From: Thermodesulfobacteriota bacterium
Lineage (GTDB): Bacteria > Desulfobacterota > Desulfarculia > JACQYL01
Assembly: GCA_963675595.2 (NCBI GenBank)
Contig: CAXXLZ010000002.1
Span: 4,608,001 to 4,672,000 of the forward strand
Length of the DNA stretch: 64,000 nucleotides
Direction: 5' to 3'
The stretch's first letter is position 1, and each line of letters opens with the position of its first letter. The notes under the pieces are model-generated. The model was not told the origin of the DNA. It searched no databases and saw only the letters and a list, made by a program, of their open reading frames with translations. Of this stretch, positions 1 to 11,500 are shown piece after piece. The translations under genes and the position numbers were made by a program.

Positions 1-369
1 CCAGAACTTATTCAGGTCGAAGGAGCGAACTCGGAGACGGCCCAAAGTGGAAAACACGCTGGTCGTCAAGGCGATGTTCTTGATGGTCTTGAATCCCAGC
101 CTGGCCACCGCCTGAGAAAGGGAGGAGATTTCCCTTCCGTCCACCGGACGATAAAAGGCGGAATTCACCACCTTTAATATCCGAGCCATAATACTCGGAT
201 CATCTTCGATGATAGCCGCCACATCCTTGGCAGTGGTATCCGGGTTCTCGATGGCCTGCTCGATTTTCCGAATCACGATGGGGATTGTCGGCAGATCATC
301 AATTGCCTCGAGCCCCATAAGCAAGGAATCGCCCAAGTTAAGGAGTTCTTTGGCGCTTTCAAGGCTCAT
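1..369 (-). CDS. HDOD domain signal-transduction protein (3' end runs off the window)
   Basis: Not in ORF track; manual translation from ATG at 369: MSLESAKELL...IDDLPTIPIVIRKIEQAIENPDTTAKDVAAIIEDDPSIMARILKVVNSAFY...ISSLSQAVARLGF...FDLNKFW, the typical HDOD LPxxP / DPxxxARILKxxNSAFY / AVARLG pattern. Confidence 0.9.
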   Translation of the reverse strand, partial: MSLESAKELLNLGDSLLMGLEAIDDLPTIPIVIRKIEQAIENPDTTAKDVAAIIEDDPSIMARILKVVNSAFYRPVDGREISSLSQAVARLGFKTIKNIALTTSVFSTLGRLRVRSFDLNKFW

Positions 370-541
370 GACGTCCTCAATGGACCGGCTTTGCCTCGAT
401 GTCGGCGAGTGAATGACCATAATTGACATTTACCTGCAATTTCGGTCTGTTATAGAAGTCACCATAGTCATGTTACAGCGTACATGTCAACCCTTTTGTG
501 ACGGGACGCTTCCACGCGCCCCTCGCCGGTGCGTCTTGCGG

Positions 542-1909
542 CTAGGAGATCGAGTCCGGCGATTCGAATGCCGGTTTCAGGGGATCCAGTATTTTCTTTT
601 CCACCCAGCCGGCGTCGAGCCACTCTACAGGGTTGACGAAAATTCCGTAGATCGCCGTTCCGAAGTGTAGATGGTCCCCTACGGCCAAGCCGCTGGTTCC
701 GGTATGCCCGATAACTTGGCCTTTCTTCACGCTCTGGCCCGGAGTGACGGCGATGTTGGAGAGATGTGAATAAGTGGTGAACAGTCCGAATCCGTGGTCA
801 ATGATTACAGTGTTTCCGTAAATGCCGGAATAGGAAGCGTCCGCCACAATGCCGTTGTTCGCTGCGGGCACGGGAGCCTGCGCCAGAGAGGCCAGATCGA
901 GCCCTAAATGATACGAGTGACTGACGACTCGACCCTGGTAGAGGTAATCACGATAATCTGCGAACCCCGCCCGGGCGCCGGCGTTGGGAAGGGCCAGGAA
1001 CGCTCCCGACCAAAGCTTTTCGGCTATCGATTTGCTGCAGACTTCCCGGAAATGGTCTTCGTTGGACTTACGCATTTGGGTGTTCACGCGGACGAAGACA
1101 TCCAAAGGAGAGGCTTCGGAGGACAGTTCAGGATACTTGGAAACGAACTTCGATATGACCCGTTGGAGAAAAGAATCGGACAAGGTGATTTTGTCCTTGC
1201 TGAAGTTTTTTCCGGCGATCCGATAGGGGAAGGATGCTTCTCCGCGATTGCCTGCGCGGTCTTTCGCGACGACCTTGAGCTGAACTTCCGCAGTGTCGTA
1301 AGGCAGCGCGATCATGGACAGGAAAAGTCCGACCTTTCCTTCCAAGGGCAGGCCGTGGAAAAGTCTTTCATTGACCATCACGCCCTGCTCCAATACTTCT
1401 TTGGATATTCTATAGAGGACCGCGGCCGAACCCCCTTGATTCATATAGCGGGTGTTTGAAACCACCGTGATCATGGGCACGGCGGTGTCTACGATGATTT
1501 TCTGTTCGAGAGTCGTGCGGTTGCCGTGAAACCATTCCGCAAGAGAATAGTCCCGAACCTGAACCTTCAGCAGAGCTTCGCCGTCCTGAATCCCCAGCTT
1601 GATGGGTGTCAGCGGAATTTCATAGGTCTTGCTCCGCTCGTCGCCTCCTTCCAGGAGGCCGGCCGAAGGATACAGCTCTTCAAGGAGAACAACCGGCTTG
1701 TCGCGCTGCTCGATGGTGACCTTTATGTCTCGGAGACCGGAGGCTTCGTCCAAAGCGTCGATTCTGAGAGTGGCTTCGCGCCCCAAGTACTTGAGTTCGG
1801 ACCAAGAGACTTCGGGGGGGGTGCCTTCGAATCTGACGATGTAGAACCACACCAGGGGAATCAGGATTGCGAGGACGATGAGAAGGAGAAACAAGGGTCT
1901 TCGAAACAC
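542..1909 (-). CDS. M23 family metallopeptidase, N-terminally membrane anchored
   Basis: N-terminal TM segment; HLGLD (HxxxD), YGNTVIIDHG, YSHLS and HLHF (HxH) M23 motifs. Confidence 0.92.
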   Translation of the reverse strand: MFRRPLFLLLIVLAILIPLVWFYIVRFEGTPPEVSWSELKYLGREATLRIDALDEASGLRDIKVTIEQRDKPVVLLEELYPSAGLLEGGDERSKTYEIPLTPIKLGIQDGEALLKVQVRDYSLAEWFHGNRTTLEQKIIVDTAVPMITVVSNTRYMNQGGSAAVLYRISKEVLEQGVMVNERLFHGLPLEGKVGLFLSMIALPYDTAEVQLKVVAKDRAGNRGEASFPYRIAGKNFSKDKITLSDSFLQRVISKFVSKYPELSSEASPLDVFVRVNTQMRKSNEDHFREVCSKSIAEKLWSGAFLALPNAGARAGFADYRDYLYQGRVVSHSYHLGLDLASLAQAPVPAANNGIVADASYSGIYGNTVIIDHGFGLFTTYSHLSNIAVTPGQSVKKGQVIGHTGTSGLAVGDHLHFGTAIYGIFVNPVEWLDAGWVEKKILDPLKPAFESPDSIS

Positions 1910-2568
1910 TAGCCAACCTCCTTGAGTTTCGGTTCTTCGTGGATGGAATATCGGGCCAATCTACGAATCACAACGTTGAAAAGCGCGAATACCACATCCA
2001 ATTGAAAGTGATGTAACACGCTTCGATCCACCAGGGGAACCATCCGGGCGGCGAATTCTTCATCGCCGCAATAGAGAACGAATCCCACGGGAACCTTGGG
2101 CAGCGTGATTACGGAGAAAGCCGCATCGCCATAAGAAAGGGGTGAGCCTCCCATTCTTTCTCCCAGTTTGAGGAAAGCGTTGGGAGAGTCGCCGAATCGT
2201 TGGATCAAAGGGTGAGTGTCGATGGCGTGGGGGCCCTGAAAAAACAGGTTACCCCCCGGGAGCTCACCGGGAGTCACCATGGGGCCTATGGGTATGGCCT
2301 CCCCGGCGTGGACGAGGTAGGTGAGCAGAACCAGGCAGAGCTCAAAATTTCGGGCCGGGGGAAGGTCTCGGGTACCGAGGACGATCGATTCCGCCTCGGG
2401 GTCGAGGACATAGAGCCGGTCCATGAAGGGAAGAGAGTATCGACCGCTTGTCGACTCGAAGGAGGCTTCCGTCCTTCGCGTTACGTCCCGAGGAGCCATA
2501 CTACGTAGACGGGACCAGAGACGATCATCCAGCTGGAAAGGGAATCGTAGTTCGGTGGGGTTTCCCAT
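1909..2568 (-). CDS. DUF3786 domain protein
   Basis: LLTYL, ELPGGNLFF, GDAAF..LPKVPV..GDEEF pattern of DUF3786; stop overlaps M23 start by 1 nt. Confidence 0.75.
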   Translation of the reverse strand: MGNPTELRFPFQLDDRLWSRLRSMAPRDVTRRTEASFESTSGRYSLPFMDRLYVLDPEAESIVLGTRDLPPARNFELCLVLLTYLVHAGEAIPIGPMVTPGELPGGNLFFQGPHAIDTHPLIQRFGDSPNAFLKLGERMGGSPLSYGDAAFSVITLPKVPVGFVLYCGDEEFAARMVPLVDRSVLHHFQLDVVFALFNVVIRRLARYSIHEEPKLKEVG

Positions 2569-2811
2569 GCGGTTCCTGGAGCGGTCCGATTATATCCTAC
2601 GGTCGCGGAGTTAGAGTCACAAATGAACATCAGGATAGCCCATCGCCTGAGATTTGCCAAACGGTTGTTGTGATGAATGAAGGGGGCATGCTCGAGCGAT
2701 GGATTTTGACGGGGCACGAATCCGGCGACCGTCCGAGACTCTGTTCGAATGAGAAATCGGGGAGGAGCCGGAGCCCCGCGGCCCTCCTTGCGTCACCGCG
2801 AGGATTGCAGT

Positions 2812-4560
2812 ATGTTCGCTCGAATGACGGCTCTCACAAAAGAACTCAACAGATGGCGGGTACTGAGTTCGGACTCGGCTCCCATGGAAGACTTCGCCCG
2901 CCGAACCGGCCTTTCGGCCGTTGCGGCCACAATCCTCTGGAATCGTGGAATGAGGACTTCGGAAGAGGTTCGCTGTTTTCTTCATCCTTCCTTGGCCGGG
3001 ATGGAACCGCCGTTCGGCATGCTGGATATGGGGGCGGCCGTCGAAAGGATTCTTTCTGCGCTCGAACGTCGAGAAACGGTGGCGGTTTACGGAGACTACG
3101 ACGCCGACGGAGTGACCGCGACGGCGCTGCTCCACTTGTTTCTGAAGGAGATCGGACTTCCCTCTCTGGTTTACCTGCCCAACCGCTTCAGAGATGGGTA
3201 CGGCTTGAACCGGCGGGCGTTGGAAGCCTTGGCCCGGCAAGGCGTCACCCTGGTGATCACCGTGGACTGCGGCGTCTCGGATCACCGTGAGGTGGAAACA
3301 GCGCACAGGTTGGGCATGGATGTAATCGTCACCGATCACCACGAACCACCGCCCCATAGGACATCGGCCGCAGCCGTCATTAATCCGAAGCAGTCTTCGT
3401 GCCCCTATCCCCACGAAGGCCTCGCGGGCGTTGGCGTAGCTCTCAACTTGGCGGTTGCTCTAAGAGCGGCCTTGAGGACCCATGCTCCCGCGAATCCGGG
3501 CGCCGAGACCAACCTGAAATCCTATCTCGATTTGGTGGCATTGGGAACCATCGCGGATTTGGTGCCATTAACCGGTCAGAATCGAATCCTGGCCAAGGCG
3601 GGTCTGGAAGTACTCTCAAATGGTCCGCGGCCCGGTCTGGCGGCGCTCAAACGGGTGGCCGCCGTGAACGGCCCCGCGGTCAGCGGCGAAGACGTGGCTT
3701 TCCGACTGGCTCCACGATTAAACGCTGCGGGGCGCATGGGAGACCCTATGGAGGCTTTCGAGCTGTTGGTCGCGGAAGACTCGGGGACTGCGTCCCGGTT
3801 GGCGGCGGGCCTCGAACAGAGGAATGTGGAGAGAAAGGGAGCCGAAGGGAGACTGTTTCGCGTGGCTCTGGCCCAGGCTGGAAAAAGAGGGAGGGAGCCT
3901 CAGGGTGGAATTGTGCTGGCCGGAGCCGATTGGCATCTGGGGATCATCGGCTTGATCGCCTCAAAGATCAGAGAGCATTTCAATCTACCGACCTTGGTGG
4001 TCAGTCTGAACGGGGGTATGGGGCACGGTTCCGGTCGCGGAGTACCGGGCATGAATCTGGTGGAAACTCTTCGGGCATGCAAAGATTACCTGGTTTCGTT
4101 CGGGGGCCATGCCGGCGCGGTGGGTTTTCGCGTGAAAGAGGAGCGTCTCGCCGATTTTGCCGGGGCCTTCCAGGAAGTCGCCTCCCAAAACGTCCGGGTC
4201 GAAGTCGAGGTTGCGCCCATTTGCGTGGACGCTCGAGTCCCTCTGGACAGCATGACCTATGAAACCGCCCTTGAACTGGAACGTTTAGGGCCTTTCGGCC
4301 AGGGGAATCCGGAACCCGTATTTCTTTCCGAGGGAGTCTGTGTGGTGAGCAAGAGATGGATTCGAGAAAAACATCTTGTTCTGAACCTGATGACCGAAAA
4401 GGGACGTTCCATCAGAGCCGTGGGGTTCAATATGGAGGAGGGGACTGCGGATTCCGCACCCGGCTCCCTGGATCTGGTGTACACGCCGTCGGTCAATCGT
4501 TACGGAGGCAAGGACGAACTTCAGCTTCGCATTTTGGACGTGTCCCCGTCACCGCTCTGA
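2812..4560 (+). CDS. recJ: single-stranded DNA exonuclease RecJ
   Basis: YGDYDADG, TVDCG, TDHH, LGTIADLVPL, PRLNAAGR, GSGR, FGGHAGAVG, PFGQGNPEP motifs; start chosen at ATG 2812 (ORF track starts 2749). Confidence 0.95.
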   Translation: MFARMTALTKELNRWRVLSSDSAPMEDFARRTGLSAVAATILWNRGMRTSEEVRCFLHPSLAGMEPPFGMLDMGAAVERILSALERRETVAVYGDYDADGVTATALLHLFLKEIGLPSLVYLPNRFRDGYGLNRRALEALARQGVTLVITVDCGVSDHREVETAHRLGMDVIVTDHHEPPPHRTSAAAVINPKQSSCPYPHEGLAGVGVALNLAVALRAALRTHAPANPGAETNLKSYLDLVALGTIADLVPLTGQNRILAKAGLEVLSNGPRPGLAALKRVAAVNGPAVSGEDVAFRLAPRLNAAGRMGDPMEAFELLVAEDSGTASRLAAGLEQRNVERKGAEGRLFRVALAQAGKRGREPQGGIVLAGADWHLGIIGLIASKIREHFNLPTLVVSLNGGMGHGSGRGVPGMNLVETLRACKDYLVSFGGHAGAVGFRVKEERLADFAGAFQEVASQNVRVEVEVAPICVDARVPLDSMTYETALELERLGPFGQGNPEPVFLSEGVCVVSKRWIREKHLVLNLMTEKGRSIRAVGFNMEEGTADSAPGSLDLVYTPSVNRYGGKDELQLRILDVSPSPL

Positions 4561-4625
4561 GCCTCGATTAGCATTCCCCTCGCTCGGTCCCGGAGGCGGC
4601 GAATGAGAGTGATTTTGGGGAGGTG

Positions 4626-4663
4626 AAAAAAGGCGGGAACCTCGGAAGAGGTTGCCCGCCTTT
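4626..4663 (-). terminator. intrinsic terminator hairpin between convergent recJ and hflC
   Basis: AAAGGCGGGAACCTC-GGAA-GAGGTTGCCCGCCTTT stem (one bulge) with A6 run 4626-4631, giving a U-tract on the minus strand. Confidence 0.75.
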
Positions 4664-4688
4664 CGAAATGAGCTCGCCTTACTTGGGA

Positions 4689-5537
4689 TCAGCGCATGTA
4701 TTTGAAGAAGGGACTGTCGGTCCCGAGCACCAATGTGCTGTCGTCCTTCAGGCCGTTCTTATAGGCTTCCAAGCTTCGTTGAAACGCATAGAATTCAGGA
4801 TTCTGCTCGAACGCCTCGGCGAAGATCTTTATGGACTCGGCGTCGCCCTTGCCTTTGATTTCTTGGGACTGCCGATAAGCATCCGCGAGGATCACCGCCT
4901 TCTCCTTGTCCGCCGTGGAGCGAATTTTCTGGGCCTCTTCCATGCCTTCCGAACGGTACTTCTTGGCTTGTCGTTCGCGTTCCGCACTCATTCGTCCAAA
5001 CACCGCCCGTTCGTTTTCAACGGGGAGATCGGCTCGCTTGATGCGTACGTCCACGACCTCAATGCCGTAGTCACGGGCGACCTTGTCGCTTCGTTCGGTC
5101 ACATTGGCCATGATCCGGGCGCGGGTCTTGGAAAGAATATCGGTCAGGGTGTGGACACCCAACTCTACACGAAGTTCCGAATAGATGATGTCGTCCAGGC
5201 GTGAGACGCCCCCCGGAACCGTGCGCACCGTCTGGTAGAACTTAAGCGGATCCACGATGCGCCATTTGGAGTAATTGTCCACCACCAAGTTCTTCTTGTC
5301 CTCGGTCAGAATTTCCGCGGGGGCGGCGTCGTATTCAAGAATTCTCTTTTCGAAGAAAATCACCTGCTGGAGAAAGGGAATCTTGAAGTGAAGCCCCGGA
5401 CCGCGCACGCCTTCCACCGGCTTTCCAAGTTGGACCAGAAGGGCCTGTTGGGTCTGATCCACAATGAAGGTGGAAAGATTGACGGCAATGAGTGCGACAA
5501 CCACGGCGACGGCAAGAATTCCGGTAGTCCTGTTCAT
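4689..5537 (-). CDS. hflC: FtsH protease modulator HflC
   Basis: SPFH domain; PGLHFKIPF, VDVRIKRADLP, RMSAERER, FYAFQRSLEAY; directly after hflK. Confidence 0.95.
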   Translation of the reverse strand: MNRTTGILAVAVVVALIAVNLSTFIVDQTQQALLVQLGKPVEGVRGPGLHFKIPFLQQVIFFEKRILEYDAAPAEILTEDKKNLVVDNYSKWRIVDPLKFYQTVRTVPGGVSRLDDIIYSELRVELGVHTLTDILSKTRARIMANVTERSDKVARDYGIEVVDVRIKRADLPVENERAVFGRMSAERERQAKKYRSEGMEEAQKIRSTADKEKAVILADAYRQSQEIKGKGDAESIKIFAEAFEQNPEFYAFQRSLEAYKNGLKDDSTLVLGTDSPFFKYMR

Positions 5538-6598
5538 GGCTTGGCCTCCTTTGACGTTGCGGAGCCCTGCAACATCCCTTTCTTGCCTAAAGGCAACAGG
5601 GGGAGGAGTTGTCGACCCACTTGTTCGCCTACGATCACCTTCGAAGAATTTCGCAAAACGTCTTCGAATGTCTCGATGTATAGCCTCTTTTCGGTGACGT
5701 CCTTGGCCTTGTTGTATTCGGCCAGGATTTGAGTGAATCGGCTGGCGTCACCCTTCGACTTGTTGATGACGGTTTCACTGTAAGCCAACGCCTGGTTCAC
5801 GATTTCGGCCGCCCGGCCTTGCGCTTTGGGCAAAATGTCGTTCTGGTAGCCCTGAGCGTCGTTGATGAACTTGTTCTTGTCCTCCTTCGCGCTGGCCACG
5901 TCCTTGAATGCGTCGATCACCGCTTGGGGCGGGTGGACGTCCTGCATCTGAACCGCCGTAACGCTGATCCCGGCCTTGTAGAGGTCCAGGGTTTCCTGAA
6001 GAAGGTCCTTGGTGTCCTGCTGAATTCGGAACTTGCCCGTGGTGAGGGTTTCGTCGATTTTGTTCTTACCCACCACCTGGCGCATGCTGGCTTCGCTGGC
6101 GTCTCGGACCGTCTTGTCCGGATCGGCCACGTTGAACAGGAACTCGGGCGCGTCTTTAACCTTGTATTGAACGATGAACTGGACGTCGACGATGTTCTCG
6201 TCACCGGTGAGCATCAGAGACTCCTGGGGAACGGACTGATACTTGGCCGGCTGGCCCTGCGAAATGGTTCTGAAACCCACCTCCAGCCTTCTCACCTGGG
6301 TCACTTTGGGTCTGAGCACGGTTTCGATAGGATAGGGGAAGTGATAATGGGGCCCGGAATCCGTGGTATAGGCCATCTGGCCGAAGCGTTTGACAACGCC
6401 CACTTCGTCCGGGGCCACAATGTAAATTCCTGAGAGAATCCAGACCGCCAATCCGAGAACGACCAGAATGGTGCCTCCCGGGAGACGGGACCTGAAGTTC
6501 CGTAGCTTCTCTACGAACTGATCCAAGTCCGGTGGAGTCGGTCCCTTCCCTCCTCCGGACTGCTGCTTACGCTGCAATTTTTCCCAATCCCAAGCCAT
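5534..6598 (-). CDS. hflK: FtsH protease modulator HflK
   Basis: PPDLD N-terminus, MLTGDENIVDV, V.DAF.DV..A.ED, RLYIET; 4-nt overlap with hflC. Confidence 0.95.
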   Translation of the reverse strand: MAWDWEKLQRKQQSGGGKGPTPPDLDQFVEKLRNFRSRLPGGTILVVLGLAVWILSGIYIVAPDEVGVVKRFGQMAYTTDSGPHYHFPYPIETVLRPKVTQVRRLEVGFRTISQGQPAKYQSVPQESLMLTGDENIVDVQFIVQYKVKDAPEFLFNVADPDKTVRDASEASMRQVVGKNKIDETLTTGKFRIQQDTKDLLQETLDLYKAGISVTAVQMQDVHPPQAVIDAFKDVASAKEDKNKFINDAQGYQNDILPKAQGRAAEIVNQALAYSETVINKSKGDASRFTQILAEYNKAKDVTEKRLYIETFEDVLRNSSKVIVGEQVGRQLLPLLPLGKKGMLQGSATSKEAKP

Positions 6599-6802
6599 GA
6601 ATCCTCCGGCTGTTTCCGGTTACGTAAATAGTTGTATTCATAACGATCCGGCCCGTTATCTGTCAAGGAAATTAGGTGCGGCGCCCCGGAATCGGAGATT
6701 TCGGCGGCCCTTGATTTCGCAGGGGAAAATCGTCGACATGGCCCCCTAAGCCGGTTATGCTCAATATTCAATTAGGTAATCCATTCATAAGGAGGGCTTC
6801 CG

Positions 6803-7609
6803 ATGCGGAGCTTAGGCATCGTTGGTGGAGGAAACATGGGAGAGGCCATGGTCCGTGGAGTCGTGGAGAGCGGACTGTTGACTCCCGATCGGCTGTTCGT
6901 GACCGACGTCGTCATGAAACGTCTGGAAATGTTGAAAGAGAAGTACGGGATCAATACCGTACCGCGGCCCCGGGAGCTCCATGGGAAGGTGGACACTCTC
7001 GTGCTGGCGGTGAAACCACAGAACATGGACCAAGTCCTGGAGGAATTGCGTCCTGCGTTGTCCGTGGACACGCTCGTGATTTCCATTGCCGCCGGGGTTC
7101 CTTCAAAGAAGATCGAACGCGGGCTCAAAGAAGGTGTGCGAGTCATCCGCGTCATGCCCAACATGCCGGCATTGTACCTGCAGGGGGCCGCTGCGTTGTG
7201 TAAAGGCAGGTGGGCTCTAAACGAGGACCTGGAAACGGCCTCGAGTCTTTTCGCCGCCATGGGAACGGCTTTGGTCGTGGATGAAAAAGTGATGGACGCG
7301 GTGACCGGTTTGAGCGGCAGCGGTCCGGCTTACGTCTTCCTGTTCATTGAAGCCCTTTCCGACGGAGGAGTGCGCATGGGACTTCCCCGGGATACGGCAT
7401 TCTCTCTGGCCGTGCAGACGGTGCTGGGAGCCGCCAAGGCGTTGAGTGAATCCGGAGAGCATCCGGCGAGGATGAAGGAACTGGTCACCTCGCCCGGAGG
7501 GACGACCATTGCCGGGCTTCACGAACTGGAAAGGAATGCGTTCAGGGGTGCGGTCATGGATGCCGTGGAAGCGGCCACCTTGAGGTCACAGGCCCTTGGG
7601 GCCGACTGA
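6803..7609 (+). CDS. proC: pyrroline-5-carboxylate reductase
   Basis: GGGNMG, LAVKPQ, SIAAG, RVMPN, LSGSGPAY, VTSPGGTT. Confidence 0.97.
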   Translation: MRSLGIVGGGNMGEAMVRGVVESGLLTPDRLFVTDVVMKRLEMLKEKYGINTVPRPRELHGKVDTLVLAVKPQNMDQVLEELRPALSVDTLVISIAAGVPSKKIERGLKEGVRVIRVMPNMPALYLQGAAALCKGRWALNEDLETASSLFAAMGTALVVDEKVMDAVTGLSGSGPAYVFLFIEALSDGGVRMGLPRDTAFSLAVQTVLGAAKALSESGEHPARMKELVTSPGGTTIAGLHELERNAFRGAVMDAVEAATLRSQALGAD

Positions 7610-7669
7610 CGAGCCCGGCCCGGGGTCGCATTCCGTGACATTGCAGGGGACTCACGGACAAGCGACCCC

Positions 7670-8440
7670 TTAGTCTCCTTCCTGGTCCGTTTGCGCCGTG
7701 TTGCACAGCACACCGATTCCGTCGATGACCACTTCCACACGATCTCCGTGTTTCATGGGGCCGACTCCCGACGGGGTGCCCGTGGCGATGACGTCCCCCG
7801 GATCCAGAGTCATGACGTGAGAAATGAAACTTACCAGTTCCGGTACGGTGAAGATGAGGTCCGAAGTGGAGGCCGATTGCACCCGTTCTCCGTTCAGGTA
7901 GGTTCGGACCATCAGGGATGAGGGGTCAAGTTCCGTTTCAATCCAGGGGCCCACAGGGCAGAAGGTGTCGAAGCTTTTGGCACGGGTCCACTGGCCGTCC
8001 TTTTTCTGCAGGTCTCTCGCGGTTACGTCGTCCAGGCAGGTATATCCCAGTATGTGCTCCCGAGCGTCTTCGGGAAGGACTTTTCGTGCCCTTTTGCCTA
8101 TGACCACGGCCAGTTCCCCTTCGTAATCGATTCGCCGGCTCATGGAGGGAAGGATGATCTCGGCGTGCGGACCCACCACGGAACTGCGCGGCTTCATGAA
8201 GAGAATGGGTTCCTCCGGAATGGGAATCTTCATCTCTTCGGCATGGGCGCGATAGTTGAGCCCCACGGCCACAATCTTGCCCGGAGAAACCGGAGAGATG
8301 AGCCGAATATCCCGCAGGCGTTCGGTCCGATCGGCGTCGAGCTCAAGGGTAACCGCGTCGCGGACGTTGACGATTTCTTCCTCCCCGCGGAGTACACCCC
8401 ACAGTTCCTGATCTTCTTTCATAAACCTTACGATACGCAT
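7670..8440 (-). CDS. fumarylacetoacetate hydrolase family protein
   Basis: KIVAVGLNYRAHAEE, DYEGELAVVIGK, DVTARDLQ, KSFDTFCPVGP, GDVIATGTPSGVG; start moved to ATG at 8440. Confidence 0.93.
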   Translation of the reverse strand: MRIVRFMKEDQELWGVLRGEEEIVNVRDAVTLELDADRTERLRDIRLISPVSPGKIVAVGLNYRAHAEEMKIPIPEEPILFMKPRSSVVGPHAEIILPSMSRRIDYEGELAVVIGKRARKVLPEDAREHILGYTCLDDVTARDLQKKDGQWTRAKSFDTFCPVGPWIETELDPSSLMVRTYLNGERVQSASTSDLIFTVPELVSFISHVMTLDPGDVIATGTPSGVGPMKHGDRVEVVIDGIGVLCNTAQTDQEGD

Positions 8441-8562
8441 AAAAAGTCTCCCGCAGGATTTTTTCAGGCAGGTATAGACCGGAACCCCGACGAACGTCAA
8501 TGGTGCGAGACGAGGGGAGCCGGCGTTGGATCAAAAAGGTTCCCCGGAGGTCCCCTCCCGGT

Positions 8563-11500
8563 TCAGTCTCCGACGGCGCCCGGATGAAGAGCCAGCACCT
8601 CCTTGAGCTCCTCGTCGGACAATTCGGTCAGCCAGTCCTCACCCGCCGAAACCACACGTTCGGCCAGTTCCCGTTTCGACTCGATCATCTCGTTGATTTT
8701 TTCCTCCATGGTGCCGGCACAGATGAACTTGTGCACCAGTACGTTCTTCTGTTGGCCGATACGGAAAGCCCTGTCCGTGGCCTGATTCTCCGTGGCCGGA
8801 TTCCACCAACGGTCGAAATGGAACACGTGGTTGGCACGAGTCAAATTCAGACCGGTTCCGCCCGCTTTGAGAGTGAGAATAAACACCGGCGGGCCTTCTT
8901 CCTCATTCTGGAAGCGTTCGATCATGCGATCACGGGCTTTTTTCGGTACCGCGCCGTGTAGGAAAAGGGTCTCGCGGCCCAAGGACCGCTGTAAATGTCG
9001 CCGAAGAAGCTCGCCCATTTCAGCGAACTGACTGAAAACCAGAGCTTTCTCCCCGACGGATAGAACCTCCTCGATCATCTCGGTGAGACGGGCCAGCTTT
9101 CCGGAACGTCCCGCCAAGGGAGAGTTGTCTCTGAGAAACTGCGCCGGATGGTTGCATACCTGTTTGAGGCGGGACAAAGTGGCCAATACCACACCCTTCC
9201 TCTGAATTCCTCTGGTCCCTTGTATGATCTCCTCGGCTTCGCGGAGGACTGCGGTATACAGAGAGGCCTGTTCACGCGTCAGGGAACAATAGACCTTCAT
9301 TTCCATCTTATCCGGAAGATCCGAGATAACCGTCTTGTCGGTTTTAAGCCTTCGAAGAATAAAAGGCGCGACCGTCTTCTTCAGACGCTCCCCCGCGAGT
9401 GCGTCCTGTCCGGACTGGATCGGGAGGAAAAACTTCCTCTTGAACGACGCCTGTGTGCCCAAAAGACCCGGATTCAGAAATTCCATGATGGACCACAGGT
9501 CACCCACGTTGTTTTCCACCGGTGTTCCGGTCAACGCCAACCGATAATCCGCATCGAGGAGTCTCGCGGCTCCGGCTTGTTTGGTTTCCGGGTTCTTGAT
9601 GTTCTGAGCTTCGTCCAGAATCACTCCAGCCCAGTTCACCCCACGTAGGAACTCGATGTCCCGGTGGAGCAGACCATAACTGGAAATGACGACGGCGTGT
9701 CTGTTTGCCTCATTCCGAAAATTTTCCCCGCGATTGCGGTCCGTGCCGTGGTGGACCATGACGGGTAGGTCCGGAGTGAATCGAGCGGCTTCTTTGCTCC
9801 AGTTGTTCACCAGGGAGGTGGGACAGACCAGGAGTACGGGGCGTTTTCCATTGCGATTCCAATCTCCCTGCAAGAGAGCCAGGGCCTGAATCGTCTTGCC
9901 CAGGCCCATATCATCCGCCAAGCACGCTCCGAGACCCCAGCGGCGCAGGAAAGCAAGCCAAGAATAGCCTCGAACCTGATAAGGGCGCAGAGTCCCCACA
10001 AAGCGTGCCGGAGGATCGAGGATTTCGTACGAGGATCCGTCCTCCAATTGACTCAGCAGCTTTTCGAACCAACCAGAGGCTCGAATTCCTTTGAACTCCA
10101 GCCCCTCCACTCCGTCTTGCGCGTTGAGAGCCAGGAAGAGGGCGTCTTTCAAAGGGCGATGCTTCACCGATCCCGTTCTTAAGAATTCGGAAACGGCGTG
10201 AATTTCTTCCGGGTCCAAGTGAACCCATTGACCTCTCAAACGGACCAGGGGCTGTTTCATTTCTGCGATGGCTTGCAGTTCGTCTCGGCTGAGAACTTCT
10301 TCTCCCAGAGCCACCTGCCAATCGAACCTGACCAGTGTGCTCAGGGTCAACTCGGCTTTGGATTGAATCTTGGTGCCTCCCACGGCCGCCTGGAGGGCGA
10401 GGCGCCCCCGAGTTCCCCGGCCCGCCCACCATGACGGTACCATGATACCGAAACCGCATTCTTCCAGGGTTTGAGCCTTTTCGGACAGGAACTCGTAAAC
10501 CGAGGTAAACGGCATCACACAGCCCTTGGGTTCCCGCTCTTCCATAGCCGGCGTGATCAGAGGACACAAATGAGCCGCCTGTGCGAGAGAAGCCAGAGCG
10601 AATTTGCGTAAGATCGGAAATTGGTTCCCGAAAGCGCGGTTTCGGGGCGTTGCGGGATCCCAGAGATCACTCAAGGGGATCAAGAGACTTGGATCCGAGA
10701 CGCTTTGCAGGAGAAACCGGAGAAACCAGGGACTGCTCCTAAAGGAGTCCAAGGGTTCGGAGGGTTCCTCGAGGCGTAGGCAGAGACGGAATCCGGACTG
10801 CGATTGGTGTTCGGAAGTCTCGCGACTCGATGGAACGAGGGCGACCAACTCACGGAGGTCGTCATCGGAGATATTTCGCCCGTCCCGTGGAGCCGACCGG
10901 AGGAGATGCAGCCAGGCATCGTGAATGCTGGAGAACTCCTTTTGCCTCTTGTTATGTCGTCGGGGGAGACGGCCGTCGGCAACGCCCGAGCGGAAAAGGT
11001 AATCGACCATTCGATTGAGAAATTCACGCAACGCCGGCAAAGCCGTCGTCGGCGCAATCGGGGGAGCTTCGGGGTCCGATAGGCTCCGGGCCGGCGGCGG
11101 CATTTGAGAAGCGAGGAACGTGAGTTTTCTGCTGCGTTCTTCGTCTAGTGCGGGTTCCCAGGACGTACTGTTTGGTCCCGAGTCCGAGTCCACTCTCATC
11201 CCGGCGCAGACTTGCCGGTTCGCAACAATTTCTCCGGCGAACTTGAGCACATCGGCCCAATATTGAATGTCGGAACCGATTACGATACCCGGGGCCAAAA
11301 CCTTCTTCGCCATGCAGGTGCACAGCAGCTCGACGGTTTCGGTGGGTTCGAGACGGAGAGCCTCCACTTTCCAGGGAATCTGCATCAAACGCGCCCGGGA
11401 CTTGGGCGGTTCGGCGATGAGAGGACTCGTTGCCACGGGGTCCCAGCCCTTGGTGGGAGCGAGGAGCAGCAGAGGGTGCGACTGAGCCGAACCGAAAGGA

